64,000 nucleotides of DNA from Pavona decussata. Lineage: Eukaryota. Under the pieces are notes generated by a model. That model had not been told where the DNA came from, did no database searches, and was given only the letters and a program-made list of their open reading frames with translations. Below are positions 27,201-37,511 of this stretch, one piece after another. Location: NCBI GenBank assembly GCA_977016875.1, contig CDRNST010000436.1:1612001-1676000 (forward strand). The letters are read 5' to 3'. Every line of letters begins with the position of its first letter. Position 1 is the first letter of the stretch. Made by a program: the position numbers and the translations under genes.

Positions 27201-29211
27201 CAAGAGAGATTTGGCTTCCAAGAAGATCGAATGCGAAAGATACATCCAAGATATTGAGAAGCTTAAGCACGAGAAATCAGACCAGGCCATGGAAATCAAT
27301 TCCCTTCGCAATACAATCACGAAGCTGGAGGTTCATATAACTGAACTCAGGAAGGACCAAGAGATTGTGGTCGCCCGAGCTGATGAATTAAAGAGTATAA
27401 ATGAGAGCGAAGCTAGTGTCATGCACGAGCAGATAATCGAGATTCAAACTCGCATTGAAGAGTACAAGACTGAGATAATCGAGAAGGAAACGACCATTGA
27501 AAAGCTCCGCGTCCTGATTTCAAACAATGATGCCGAACTCGATAGGCTGAGGAGAGACCTAGAGACCAAAGAAGTGGAGTGCGAAGGGTACATTCGGGAA
27601 ATTGAGAAGCTTAATCAAGAAAAATATGACCTCGAGTCCCAGCTGTCCACGATTCGCAGCAAATTTGATGTGTTGGTGAAACGGATGGACGAGGCGCGAA
27701 CCGAGAAAAATCTGACAGAGAGTGAAACCACCATACTGCTTGAAAAGATAACTGAAATCGAGAGCAGGATAGAGGTGTACAAGACGGAGATCATCGAGAA
27801 GGAGACCTTGATTGAGCGTTTGCGAGTTCTCAATAGTTCGAACGAGCAGGATTTGGAAAGGCTCAAGCGAGAGCTCAGTAACAAGCAAGTAGAATGCGAT
27901 GGTTACATCAATGAGATCCAGATCTTGAACCAAAAACTAGCAGAGTTGGATATCGAGCTCAATCATCGGAACAGCCGAGTACTAAAGCTGGAAGGATTCT
28001 TAGAAGACGAGAAAAAGGACAGGGAAAGTCAAGTAAGGAATGTGAGCTCCAGTTTCGAAGTTGATATTGCTACGTTGAAACGCGAGTTGGAGACTAAGAT
28101 ACTCGAGTGCAATGGGTACATCAAAGAAATCGAAGAGTTGAACCAAGAGATTTTCCGACTCAAGGGCTTGCTAAGACCAGAGCGAGAGGTAGAGGCGCAC
28201 TACACCACGTCGTACATCATGCCACCGAAAGGCGTTACAGTGACTAGAGAGGTCGTTGTACCCCAACAATCCACACCGACAGAGGCTTCTCAGTCTTCTA
28301 CTTTCGGTCGCACCGAGTTTATGGTTGATGTCAAAGACAAGTCGAAACTGGTGGAGATTTCCAGCTACGAGATCAGCCCGAAAAGGATGGTGAAAATTAA
28401 AAGTCCTTTCGAGACGCGCAAAGGTGACAGCAGTACCGCCACAGAAGGCAGAGATCACACCGGCAGCACCGTGACGACCAAGATCACAAGAATTCAGAGG
28501 AGCCTGAGTCCAGTGCAGCTGCACAAGGTTGATGGAGCGGCGGATGAACCATCTATTACAGTTGTAAGTACTGATGGTGTTAATAGAACACCACCCATGA
28601 GCCCTACTAAGATAACCCACTTGGAATCCAGTGCCAGCCCAAAGATAAACTTTCTTGTAGACCCCTCATCGCAATCCATGACGCCTACATCGTTAAATGT
28701 CGCAGACACTAGAAGTCATACGTCTACAATCAGCAGCAGTACAGTCATGACAAAAGTCACACGATTGCAGACCCTGTCTTCTGCCTCTGCTTCGGCGTCT
28801 AACTTCTCCCAGGGGTTGCTAGAATTCCAGGTCAAGTCCCCGGTAAATGGAGTCGAGACAACTCCTGAGAGACAGAGAGAAAACAGTCAAACTGTCATTT
28901 CACAGGTCGAAGGGTCTGCGAGTCCCATTCGTGTCAAAGTAGAAGCCGAGGAGAAATTAGAATTTGAACCGATGCACCTTCACGTTGAAAGGAAGCCATT
29001 GCAGGCCACCCCTTCATCAAGAATCCAGACAGTAGAAACCAAGTTTACCAGAGGTGGAGAGGGGAGAGAAGGTTCTTCACTTGGAAGGACGAGAGAAACT
29101 AGCACGCGCACGAGAAAAGTGCAGGAGTTTAAAGAACAGCGTGTTGAGGTTTCACGAACCGGCAGCGGTCGGACTCGACCAAAGGATAACACTAAAACGT
29201 CGGAACTGTAA
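18211..29211 (+). CDS. Gene B 11.0-kb exon: ~3300-aa coiled-coil rod plus S/T/P-rich tail (whole protein ~3758 aa)
   Basis: Acceptor ctattttcag|ACG at 18210/18211 (phase 0). Uninterrupted 3695-aa ORF in the track with heptad composition; no motor, kinase or other globular domain recognisable. Stop TAA 29209-29211. Confidence 0.93.
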   Translation, partial: TERWKTKLDNLTRQNQQLQEQLFDFKSKFNKQQDELSSTQRRLRERDWEVESLRRELNTKTSTMDKIRTEKMVIEKELVMLRDQMNSQVSQVQVLESSPDDMEMSFLQETVSQLEIDCKNAVDERDMLQSELSTLQAKLAQLQNDCDRYRRQSEMAGKTGSLTISRYEVQVQNVVKQRESFKQQLDDLREELKKARDTISRLQRDVLQNQNDANKYKEESIFKTHRIETLQNQNTTLEESLEKVKSEFSKCQTTVDVQKRQIVTLQETITLHEKTIREYEVTVKTLHEEKETVERELVLVNGKFSNLQASQGKLQERVKEWESVEVQLRKRVGELETELEVQKERGPDQVDGQLVSRVEDLQSRLDESVMSVTDLQARYDIVIRERDELRRVMENLNSKMVTTTDSLRRVQEEKAELERAATTDRNRISRLEVQLESATKARDGYKSELDSEKSKVSQMKKELMVIQQELSESRRAVERLNGDLEKRDKSIAELKSKVLSLETKVDDYREEAEKMERRIHLLESEAEELRSELMELQKRLGDSEANYKITAEERDRINEELQTVYKDMSNLQSNYNIVEQQRNDLEHQLSLLTNKIKKLDDEVSKAKRESSVLNIEVQELRSTKARMAEEIESLKNKLADLRKLAEAYKKEIAERDNTIERLRGELTAVTSDKDNALAEISRLRTENDILHEENNKLQKELDASREEMMRLSSLYDTATQSKELLQTDFEVVQTRVSDLESTYMDFEERDKDAGVLLEEEREKNADLEKKVRDLSDKVKSLESQLDDRQREVDKLENDMDVAEEKMLTLNIEIEKINEEKSKEYQKLLAAESKLKEVERDLDAAKDDKESAEKELYTLQNKVSKQETQLETCRRQIAQLREQLDAANKKIFDSQERFIQIESKSAQHEKFGETLNTIIGKKDKTIDELNNKIRQLQDELDKTKRQLNKNTATYDVLKTEKEELLKRITVLQGRLDDTDQEIRALKQNRQDLLRDVSSRDHKITIIETQLTSVTKERDHYKSEGPALREDCRKAKEELMNTKNNLVEKDRIINNQSKEIQDKANLVDALNNSKKNLGEELTNLKKELENTRVSSQERIRELQGQLKQANINVSKLEVTVTTLSRQGQLSEKDRKGYDDKIFEVENLYKATQGREADLRSEVEVCNTKIVELQTDFKKSQKRVFDLEHETTQLQRTVSELQKTRERIDREKTDLKYELVNANARISELELKSDYDDKEVASLKKQLEGALQRSSGVSREDYLKQEQQLVELKMIAETAQDRLNEKDNLIRQLESARAYLEDQLESLKGVLKTTEEDFERLKDEVGSLQAENIDLNKVINELHGNLKKLTLEKDRLQNELDNQEKKMASMEEQLMQLTRTDETNKEKIAELRSLLNESREQNMSQQKTITDLQIRVDFLEKDVDDKNKLIDDLKQTKKNLEDEIDELTKRLRALQNDHNVMLRDKEDVESSYKLISEKTTLMEDTYEASKGDVRRLTEQVAVLQGKLTDRESEIRAYEDKERDLLEKVKDYHAQLSKLESSNEIQSERIMVLEQDVSSLKEEIRTLLNDRDRAVRELLIVTKEVEEKTTEITRLKKDLDVTNKEKEAMAVQLEEQVSVVSQNETQLLNAERQLQEWMVRGDEADAQPKDSIRAERDSLQKEVYVLRQDVATIQTTLDKAQRRKDDLEKENFSLRKQTTELEMKVKALDHENEDLNRELIKDQKRIGVLEGDIHRLNVDKNNLLSELEKTRGVLDKQRDENVVLRREISELRSMVDNFDKTTEEKNKQIEWYRSTNKNLEEEVTNLKRKIASYREDYDKAQHDVASLTLKLQEFESKVDALKHSLDLVENEKNKLKQEKATLLTSLNEYKANLTNAKREVDRLQNEVLSINRKLTYLQARNETLEEEKDRLKKEIAELKRESAELRARLNALQSDRDRLQNDITVINKKYVDVQTVQSDKREKKPTDAATLKRLKDLEESYQKVLNEKEDAERRYLDGKRRLSKLELEHGDFSRIIQSLEHDSSLKAKRISELEDNLSEFHGRDVVDESDYKTLRKKMVSLEQELQSTKNKVFRLEAYKTSYEEKLKDLQEDLLASQQKTAQTETMLQTSQDQLNAQQKELLEALKKMADWESAYKSANSTKIELQRTMQTVQSKLLSLEEELQNQMKENAQLKGSLNQTRARNDNLREEINTLQKKLIDQQKYYEEQIRELVEKKAIIERLQEENEYLETDKAELKEELDRVKTGLEKTLMEHRDTKFELQKLQIQYTELEGTIRILKDENERLKMELASLKKLYDELKVSREETIAVERVSTVEAAAPDMFSADLSAEYETIKIERDTLKRENNALQEKVNGLENSLEEVKQERRKLQDKVLELQKTVSEKTQEIQILTAENKKKTLELQSTKRRLEDLQEEATDWGQERDLLVKEVESMQRKLHDLVLESQKEKVSEVSSEQIFSTMEADYKKLQDREAELQLELLAALKKVSTLEHDLETEREKNHGLLGSNRVLEERITTLKREVVEYQTRLSKIELDYEDVHERNKELLNHVAELEGQLESVKDSSKLSQQGKSSLENEITSLRTKVKKLQIQIEDDKRVQENLRAQLEDYKNVGDSQSREFSGRVNELRIEIETYRKEIMEKERAIKDMQNNQADLEDDIHRLRRDLQNKQLECDDYLKDLEGSNQQKADMEIEINTLRGQIRNSEILVEEHEKDKNELRQNINEVVSKGTNQSNDLKKQIKDATNQVEACKREIIEKETIIRELRERVSQAEHQLHITKTELETKENDCEDYIKDLEDTKKDKSHLEVELLALKSKITKLNVQIDTEKAEKAHLQSQLVDARTRGDEESTGHAKFVSELQTKLENAKRDISVKEDEIEHLKYELEVTRRDLLSKDGEFKICLEKVEQITKEKSELTVEIMSLREKVIILEGDVQKERVGREGLERQLIDSAAKGETDAKFMSEQIVEIQTRVESYKKEIIEKETIIEKLRFQTTSYEQEVDRLKRDLASKKIECERYIQDIEKLKHEKSDQAMEINSLRNTITKLEVHITELRKDQEIVVARADELKSINESEASVMHEQIIEIQTRIEEYKTEIIEKETTIEKLRVLISNNDAELDRLRRDLETKEVECEGYIREIEKLNQEKYDLESQLSTIRSKFDVLVKRMDEARTEKNLTESETTILLEKITEIESRIEVYKTEIIEKETLIERLRVLNSSNEQDLERLKRELSNKQVECDGYINEIQILNQKLAELDIELNHRNSRVLKLEGFLEDEKKDRESQVRNVSSSFEVDIATLKRELETKILECNGYIKEIEELNQEIFRLKGLLRPEREVEAHYTTSYIMPPKGVTVTREVVVPQQSTPTEASQSSTFGRTEFMVDVKDKSKLVEISSYEISPKRMVKIKSPFETRKGDSSTATEGRDHTGSTVTTKITRIQRSLSPVQLHKVDGAADEPSITVVSTDGVNRTPPMSPTKITHLESSASPKINFLVDPSSQSMTPTSLNVADTRSHTSTISSSTVMTKVTRLQTLSSASASASNFSQGLLEFQVKSPVNGVETTPERQRENSQTVISQVEGSASPIRVKVEAEEKLEFEPMHLHVERKPLQATPSSRIQTVETKFTRGGEGREGSSLGRTRETSTRTRKVQEFKEQRVEVSRTGSGRTRPKDNTKTSEL

Positions 29212-29863
29212 GAATATTTTATTTTATAAGATGGGAAGTGGGCCACGGGGGTGTAATAGGGTAAAAGCGTGTTCTATAAAACGAAAATAGAGTTTTTGCA
29301 GGGACCTAAAGCCCATACACTCAATGCAATATTGAGCGTAATGAAGCTGCAGCTTGAGTCCCAAGAGTACGAGAGTGAGTACGAGTTTTCTCCCTAGGGC
29401 GCATGCCTTATATTATGACGTGTTGCACCAGGCTCCTTCCTAAAACCTCCGTCTCTACCGATTACAATCAGTAACAGGGAGTAGGGAGGTCTCGAGAAAG
29501 TTACTGGTTATAAATTATAAAGTTGCATTCGTACTCGGTCTCATACTCCTATCCCAATCCCGAGGACCCAAAGTTGTTAGAAGCGATGTTGCTGAAGAAG
29601 AAACACTCTTTACGTTGAATTGCCGCGTAAGCCTTTTCTTTGGCTTGCGCGCATTATTGCATTTAACAATTTCAGCGGTGGATACACACAATTTTGCACC
29701 GTGCTTTAAGTGTTTAATCGCAAATTTCACAAAGAAATATGTCTAGAGGAAAAAGACTTTATAAATTATTAAGGATAAGGAATCTACTCCAAGTTATAAT
29801 AAGGAGAGTTCAGTGAGAAGAAGTTGTTAGTTCGCTGCTCGAAATGGGCCGCGCTAAGACATT

Positions 29864-30217
29864 AGGGACTTTAAGAAACCACGACAGCAACGCCAATATA
29901 AGTTCACGTTACTTGTACTACTTCGCGATTATTCCAATTCGTTTAACTTGTACAATGTGGCTAAACTATCCAGTAACAGAACAGGTGGGAACGGCGTTCA
30001 ATTTGAGACGGAGAATGAAAAATTTACCGTCATGTACTCACGTTCTCCACAAAACCTTGAATTTGGTCATTTCATGCGCGTTGTTGTTTTTGGCCGAGTA
30101 CGGCGAGGAAATGTACCAAAATTTATAACACCGTGCAGGGCCTTTGTTTTTCTCATTATATTCTATTGTTTTGTGACGTTCTTGTTGCTGTCGCCGTAGT
30201 AGCTTCTTAAACTCCCT
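29864..30217. mobile_element. MITE with ~30-bp imperfect TIRs and 3-bp TSD (ATT)
   Basis: att|agggactttaagaaaccacgacagcaac ... gttgctgtcgccgtagtagcttcttaaactccct|att. Confidence 0.75.
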
Positions 30218-32956
30218 ATTATCGCAAAAGACCTTTTGACGGTTTCTGACGCCATGTTGTTTGGGGGGGGGGGGGGAGTCGGTTAAAATTACATTAAAAG
30301 TATTGGATTTTATCTGACTTTGAACCTCTGTAACTCCACTCGAAATATATCTACGTTTCGTCACTAATTTGATCGAAAATAAGACCATTACAGACTCAAC
30401 AACGTTTCTAAACTGTCGCGGCAAATTTGCATATTTTTAATAAGAAGGACTGTATGAAGTTTGTATGAAATTTTGTTTACGGCCTTTATAGTCTGAATCT
30501 GTTGTCTACATTTTACGCAAATAATCGTATGGAAAATACCTTTTAGAAAGTAAATTCGCTTTGAAAATCCGACAGGTTTGAACTCTCAAAGTTGGCTAAA
30601 ATCCCATACATTTAATTTTAGCCTTGTTTGGCTTCCAACCAAAATGGCGTCAGAAACCATGAAAAAGTCTATAGATGTAGCCTTGTAAAATAAGGTATCG
30701 ATTTAAGTTTTGGAAATTTAGTTTCTGAAAAATGGGGTGTATAAAAAGGCGACCTCTTATGAAAAACCGATTCTTAGAATAAGATAACATGATTTCAAGG
30801 CCTTAAGCGTTCTTAGGTATTTAATTTATTTTATCACTCTCAAGTTAGGTTTTTTTGTACAGCTTAATTTGTCAGTACGATTCAGACTGAATCAGGGTGT
30901 CACAAGCATGAGTGCAGGCACAGAAAAGAAATATTATCTTTTCCTTGATCTCACTCTTATGCTGGCGTCGATTTGTAGAACTGGCTGATAAGAGCCTTTT
31001 ACGCAGGTGATTTTTTGATGCAATATTAATGTTCCTTCCATTTCACGGGGATTTGACTGCGATTTGATATCTGTGATGAGCATAGCGGGTACAATCGAGG
31101 TGGAGATGAAACTATCTTCGAAGGGCCCGCATTTCATGAACACCTTTCCCGCCAACACACGATTCTTTAAAATTGCACTCAAATCGCTGTGAAATCGCAA
31201 CAAAAATAGTGGGTATTTAACACCAGGCTTACCATTGCTGTCTTAACAGCCCCTGAGCAAGAAAGACGAGGGGAAGCGCTTGCAACGTCCAATATATTGG
31301 CCATATTGTTTACATGGCTAAAATCATTCAAGCCAAATCCAATGACCAAAGAATGTTTGCATCAGCATCAGCTTTAAGCCAATCAAACGATTTTAAAGTC
31401 GTCATTTAGTCAATCGTGGACGAGTAGAGATTTCTCTGCGTTACCCCAAAAATGACCGCTGTACTCTAGGCAGTCAACAAGCTTCACGTTTATTTGGTTC
31501 AAAGCCATCTTAAACTTTTAAAAATTTTGCGTTTCAATTGAAACACAAAATGTTGCAATTTTGTTCCACTTGGTGGGTTGTGACTTGGTATATTTAATTT
31601 TTAAAGAAAGAGCATAAAATTTAATGGAAGTACCAGTTGACATTTAGCAGGTTAAAGTTTAAAATTGAAAGTGGAATACGTTTTGCTGTCAAGATCTTTC
31701 TCATAATCTCTTATTGCATGGCATGTTAGACTTTTTGGTATAGAATCTGTTTTACTTGTACTGCTTTCCTTTAGATTTCCAGCAGTTCCTCTTATTGCAC
31801 AATATTTGAGAGAGAAGCGAAACACTGGCTGCAAAGCTTGAAAGGCATTTGCCTCGTTTTTCGACGCGTGGGAAACTGTCTTGGGCGCTCTTGTGTTCAA
31901 CTTCATGCTAATCTGTCCCCTGTGCATGTTAAAAAGATAGACTGCCTGGAGCAAAACGTTCCTTGACACTGTTTAGGCACGAAAAAATCAGCGGTGTTTT
32001 AAAATTAAAGTAATATTAGACGTAAGGAAACCACTTCCACCAGATTTCAAGAAAGTAATTAGCTTATTCTTGGTCCCTTGAAAAAATGATTTGGAGAGAT
32101 TTTTCACGGGAAGGAAATACTTTATATATTAAAAAAGTTAAAACGAGTTCTGTAAGTAAATAAGAAGGCAAAAGAAAATTAAATTAAGAGGTGTGCCTAG
32201 TTATATTTTGAGAAAGTTACAACAGGTATTTGGCATTAAAATGTTAAAAGACAACTTACCTCCTTTTGTATGATATGTACTTAAGCCTTTGCAGAACTTT
32301 GGTCAGGGTTAATTTAGTTCTCGTCTCTTGAAACGCCTGAAAATGCAAATTTCCGAGAACTTTAAAGGTGGTGTTTCGTTAAGTGTTGTCATCGTGTAAC
32401 ATGGCGAGGCAAAATTTGCTTTAAAAGTTTGCAACACGTTGTCACGACAAAATTGTCTGCGAGCCATGTCGTGTTACAAATTGTCTTTAAAAATTGTTTT
32501 TTATAACATCACCTAAATCTCCCTGTTTCTTGCTTCTTAGCTTGTTGATCCAGCGTTAAACAAAGATGATTTATTGTTTATAATGCCCTTCTCTTGGCAT
32601 CTTCACACAGCAAACAAAAGATGACAAACTCGAGTTGGCAAACTATTAATAGTTGGAAAACTCTTGGTTTCAACTTCCGCGGAAAAGCGTTAAGTAGCAG
32701 CATAACTTGTCATGCGAGCAACGTGTCAAAATGGCATACAAGAGAAATGTTTTTTTGTAGATAGATAAGTTCGTTTGAGTTTCAGTAGTTTTGCTCTGTT
32801 TGCCTGGTTCCCTTCGCGATTCATAGTATAAGCATGTTAGAAACAACAAGAAGTTGTGTCCAGCTTATACTCGGGCCATATTTGACTGTGTGGTGCGTAA
32901 AGCCTACAATCTTTTAACAGTGATAACCTCCAGCATCGCCAATTCCCGCAAATAAA

Positions 32957-33039
32957 TAGCCTGCGAGCAAGCTCTCTTGGGGGTGGATCCTTTTTCCCCC
33001 TCCTGCCCCCCACCCCCGAGAGAGCTTGCTCGCAGGCTA
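32957..33039. mobile_element. 83-bp MITE with perfect 20-bp TIRs (TAG...CTA termini)
   Basis: tagcctgcgagcaagctctc ... gagagcttgctcgcaggcta. Confidence 0.8.
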
Positions 33040-33284
33040 CCAAATAGATAGATACAGAGATATAGTGAGGCAATAAGTAACCACCAGATAGAATTGCATT
33101 TCTTGCAGTCAGAATGAAATACAGGGGAAAACGACATTTGTCATACGAATGCTTTTTCAGATAATCCCCGGGCTTTAATCCTTACGTTTTCACCTTTCGT
33201 TTAGAGACAGAAACCATTAGTACGGTCCTAATATGTATGTGACGCCGGGTCAATGACGGATCGTAATTTTCGTTATGATCTAGA

Positions 33285-33621
33285 CCCGGGGGGTACTCCC
33301 TTATGTGACCTTAACGGGGACGTGCGGCCCGATAGGGTATGGTTTTCAGGGTATCCCTACATGCCCTAATGGCTTAAACAGATTGTGATTGCCAATACAT
33401 TAAAATACAGTAAGAAACTAGTGTATTCTTATTTCATTCTAGTCTTAAACAGGGTGTGATTTTGGGTTAAATGTCTTAGAAAGGGCCTGAAAATTTTGAA
33501 TTCTGTCTTTAACGGGATAGGGAAATCAGAGAATTGTGTCTTAAACAGGGTCAGGGCTTGAATACCCGGGCCGCACCTCCCTACCCAAGCAGCCGTTGAG
33601 TACCCCCCCCCCCCCCCCGGG
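33285..33621. mobile_element. Non-autonomous DNA element with CCCGGG(G)nTACTC termini and 7-bp TSD
   Basis: atctaga|cccggggggtactc ... gagtacccccccccccccccccggg|atctaga. Same family as the host element at 42440-43463. Confidence 0.8.
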
Positions 33622-33860
33622 ATCTAGAGTAACGTTACGCATCACGCATACATTTATATCCTTGTACGTTTTTCAATGTTTCGCTGTTTATATTTTTAAA
33701 TGAAATTCAGGGGAAAGCACTTGTTATTCACCTTTCATTTGAAGACAGAAACCGTTTCTACATTGATTGTTTTTCTATAGTAAACGTGAGACATCTTTAT
33801 CTATCTTGGCCCGCGAGGTCCTAGACTGATTTAGTTGCCAAATTTTCGGTTAAACAAAAC

Positions 33861-33979
33861 TAGCCTTGAGGCACTCAGGTTAGCCTAAAAAACACTCCGG
33901 TTAGCCTAAAGAGCACTCCAGTTAGCCTAAATAGCACTTAGGTTGGCTTAAATAGCTCCCGGTTAGCTTAACGGTTAGC
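33861..33979 (+). repeat. 21-bp minisatellite, ~5 units
   Basis: Repeated ggttagcctaaa.agcactc. units. Confidence 0.8.
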
Positions 33980-34283
33980 AGTTTATGTTGGGGTTGTTCA
34001 TGCCTCGCATGCCTCACATGTTTTGTTCATGCCTCGCACGTCTGGCTCGCATATTGTAAACACTCCGCACGGCCCGAAAACGAAGAACGCGACTGAGAAT
34101 TTAAAGAATTTGATAACATGACAGAAAACGTAACTCGTACCAGCCGAGTACAAAAAACGAGACCGAGAACAATAACTCGTGGCCCGAAGTCTTATCTCTC
34201 GGCCCATCGCGACCCCAAAAAGAAAAAAGAATTTGATAATGCTACCGAAACCTTAACTTGGTCCGCATCACGGCCCGAGTAAT

Positions 34284-35892
34284 AAATTGATACGGTGAAA
34301 AATGTAGGAACTGGGTGTTAATAGTGATTGACTAAAGATGTGACTAAAGATGAACAACTTTGCGTTGACAGTCGTTGACAGGTCAAATATGCGTTTGTTA
34401 AAAGGTTTTCGGGAATATAAGCAACTCCTGTCTGTCACAAACAGCCTGTCAACCTGTTTGCCAGCTGTTGTTGCGATGTTCAACACCTTGTCATCGTTAA
34501 AACGTTAATTTGCTTGCTGTGTGTAGGTGCTTTCTGACTCGTTGTGGACCAGTTCATTTTTGCCAAGTTTAATTTCCACCATTTGGTTATCTTTGCTGTC
34601 ATCTTCGCTGCTTTGTAAGACAGGACTGAACAACTTCTGCGCATAAGCAGAAGTTGGGGAGGTCTTGGCTCTGAAATGGTATCAATTTTTAAGGGATTTG
34701 TGTAAAACAACTTGGAGGGCCACCTTGTGCTGGGACTACTTGGAGAGATTTTTGTCAATTCAAGTTTAACATTAATATCACTGGTAGGTCTTTTCCGCTT
34801 GTTTTATGTAATTCTCGTTTCTCCCTTCGCAATTTTTCTTCCACGTTTCGTTATTGACATTCAAACTTATCGTAATGTTATTAAGTGAGCGAAATCGTTC
34901 TATGCGGGTCCTATTCGGCAAAATCTTCATCCATTGGTGCTGAGCAAACCGAACGCAGCCTGTGGGACACTATGACAAGCTACCACTAACTTTTCCCGCC
35001 CTTTCGAAATTAATCACGTGACGCGTTCTCCGCGCGATTCATTGCAGAAACATGAGACAGCGAAAATTGTAGTAAAAAATTGATACAGCCGGTGAAAAAT
35101 GTAGAAACTGGGTTTTCTGAATAAGGATTGACTAATGGTGAACAACCTTACGTTGACAGTCGTTAAAACGTCAAATATGCGTTTGCCAAAAGTTGGCGAG
35201 GATAGAAACAAGTTCTGTTTGTATCAAAAGCTTGTCAAACTGTTTGCCAGCTAGTTGGAGCGGTTCCTGTAAATTTAAGTACAACATTAAAGGAGAAGTA
35301 TCACGCGAATTTGCTTTCATTTCAAAACCCAAAAATGTTTGTCTGTCAGCGGAAACAAAGAAATAATTGTCAAGTTTGTTATAAATTATCACCCCAGTGC
35401 AAAAAAACTGTCGATTAATGCTTCTGGCCAGAGACAGAGTAGGTCGGTATGGATTGAAACTTGAAAAAGGTTAGGCTAATGTTTTTCAAGTCCTCGCATT
35501 TTCGTTTCCAAAAAAGGTGAGAAGAGATCACGAGTTGTTCCTTTCAAGAATTGAATTAATTTCTTTCCTCTCGTCATTCTAGAATTATTTGGCAGCTGAT
35601 TGAAGGTCTTATTTCATCATTTTTAACAAAAGATACCAAAAAACCTATGATACTTCCCTTTAATATCACAGTTAGATTTTTTCTTGTTTTAAGTAATTTT
35701 CCTTTATTCTCCCTCCTCAATTTTTCTTCTAAGTTATGTTGTTGTGTTATTGTGTGTGAAATTGTTTTATGCGGGTCCTTTTCGGGGGAATCTTGCTCCA
35801 TTTGCGCTGACCAAAACGAACGCAGCCTGTTGGATACTATGAGAAGCCACCGCCAACTTTCCCGCGCTTTCGAATTAATCACGTGACGTGTT
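34284..35892. repeat. Diverged tandem duplication (~750-810 bp units)
   Basis: 34284-35027 vs 35078-35892 share both ends: aaattgatac..cggtgaaaaatgtag.aactggg and cgaacgcagcctgt...ttaatcacgtgacg. Confidence 0.8.
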
Positions 35893-37511
35893 TGAAAAAG
35901 GCGGCAAAAATTTTGAAATACTTTAACCCTTGGTTTGATCCACTGCGAAAGAAGTTGACATATTAGGTGATTCACCCCACAAAATAAATCACTTTGCCTG
36001 CGCAAACTTTATCCCGACCATTCAAGACATTTTTTTGCAAGGTTCGACATAATTCGATTATTCCAAAGGCGGGAGGGATTGTTCACTAAATGCCTTATTC
36101 CTTAGCACCAAAAATGAGCAAAGATCCAAGCATAATGTGTGTCCATTGCTTTGAACTTTTTAAAAGACAGTGTTTATACTAACTTAATATTGTTTTCCTT
36201 AAGGGTTGAAAGGGTTATACCTTATCAAAATAATATAATGCTGCACTGTTATCTATACAATTGATCCGTTATTAAGCGCCCCCTCCCCTCTCCCCCCCCC
36301 CCCCCCCCGACTGGAAACCGGAAGCGCTGTTTGACCGCTCTTAATTACTATCCGGACTCAACACGCTCATGTAGATTCTGTCATGGACTGTTGGCCAAAT
36401 TAGTGTTAACTTTTCATAACTTTCACTGACAGCTCTTTGAGGTCTTTGAAGTTTGAAGAACCATTTCCTTGTTAGGCATGACCCACCTTCGCAGGGACCG
36501 TGAGAATTGACCTGATAACTTGTTCTCTTTTGTTTCGCTTGATAAATAATGTCACGAAAAACAAAAGCAGTACACGATTAAGCGTGATTTGAATTTTTTT
36601 CCCACAGTCACAAACACGCTCGACGACTTCAACTAAATTAGTTTGTAACTAGAAGGATTGAAACATGAAATTTCTAGGGCGTGGAACATATTTGAAAGCG
36701 TGGAGCTGATGCCGCGTGTTGTTATATCGTGTCGAATCAGATCTGCACTCTGTTGGAATTTTAGACAATTAACTTTCAAACAAACTTGTTGTTTAGTTGT
36801 GTGGTTACTGGACTTAGGATTTACTGTAACTGGTTTACTAATTACACCTTTTGCCCTTCAAACAGAAAAACAATTTTTCTTTCATATGGAACTGAATATC
36901 ATTATTCTTGCTTCGTTAATAAGATATAAAAGCCCTTAAAGTGACATTCTATGGCGTTATTAGAATGTCATTCGAAGAGTTTGGATAGTCTATTATGTCC
37001 TTACAGAATTAATAACCTTTGTTTAATCACTCGTTCACGTGATCTATATTCGCTTGTTTACTGAATAAAAACAAACAAAACAGCCAAACAGGAATGCAGT
37101 ATGTACACTGCAGATGCATTCACGACATCGCTGCTTACCTTGACACGTTAGAATGTAGGCATGCACTAAGGGGAGCCGAAAGTTCTAAGTATCGTCTGAA
37201 GGCAAAGGAATCACTACGGGGTAAGAAGATGACATTTATACATACTACTGAGTGCTAGCAGAGAAAAAGGAGCGTCTTCTCCCAGGAATATTTTGGTAAC
37301 TTACAAATCCATGTTATCGTCTAAGACCTGTAAGACTATTGAAGGCTATCCAAGAATTTGCAATTACAATGTACTAGAAAGATGAAATTCCCTACACGCA
37401 AACGATTATGAATACAAGGTATTGATTTTAAAGTCGTTAAACAAGATTGAGTTTGCCAGATAGTGTAGATTTTGACCATTTGTAAACGCCCGAGGTTCTT
37501 ATTAGGAGGGG

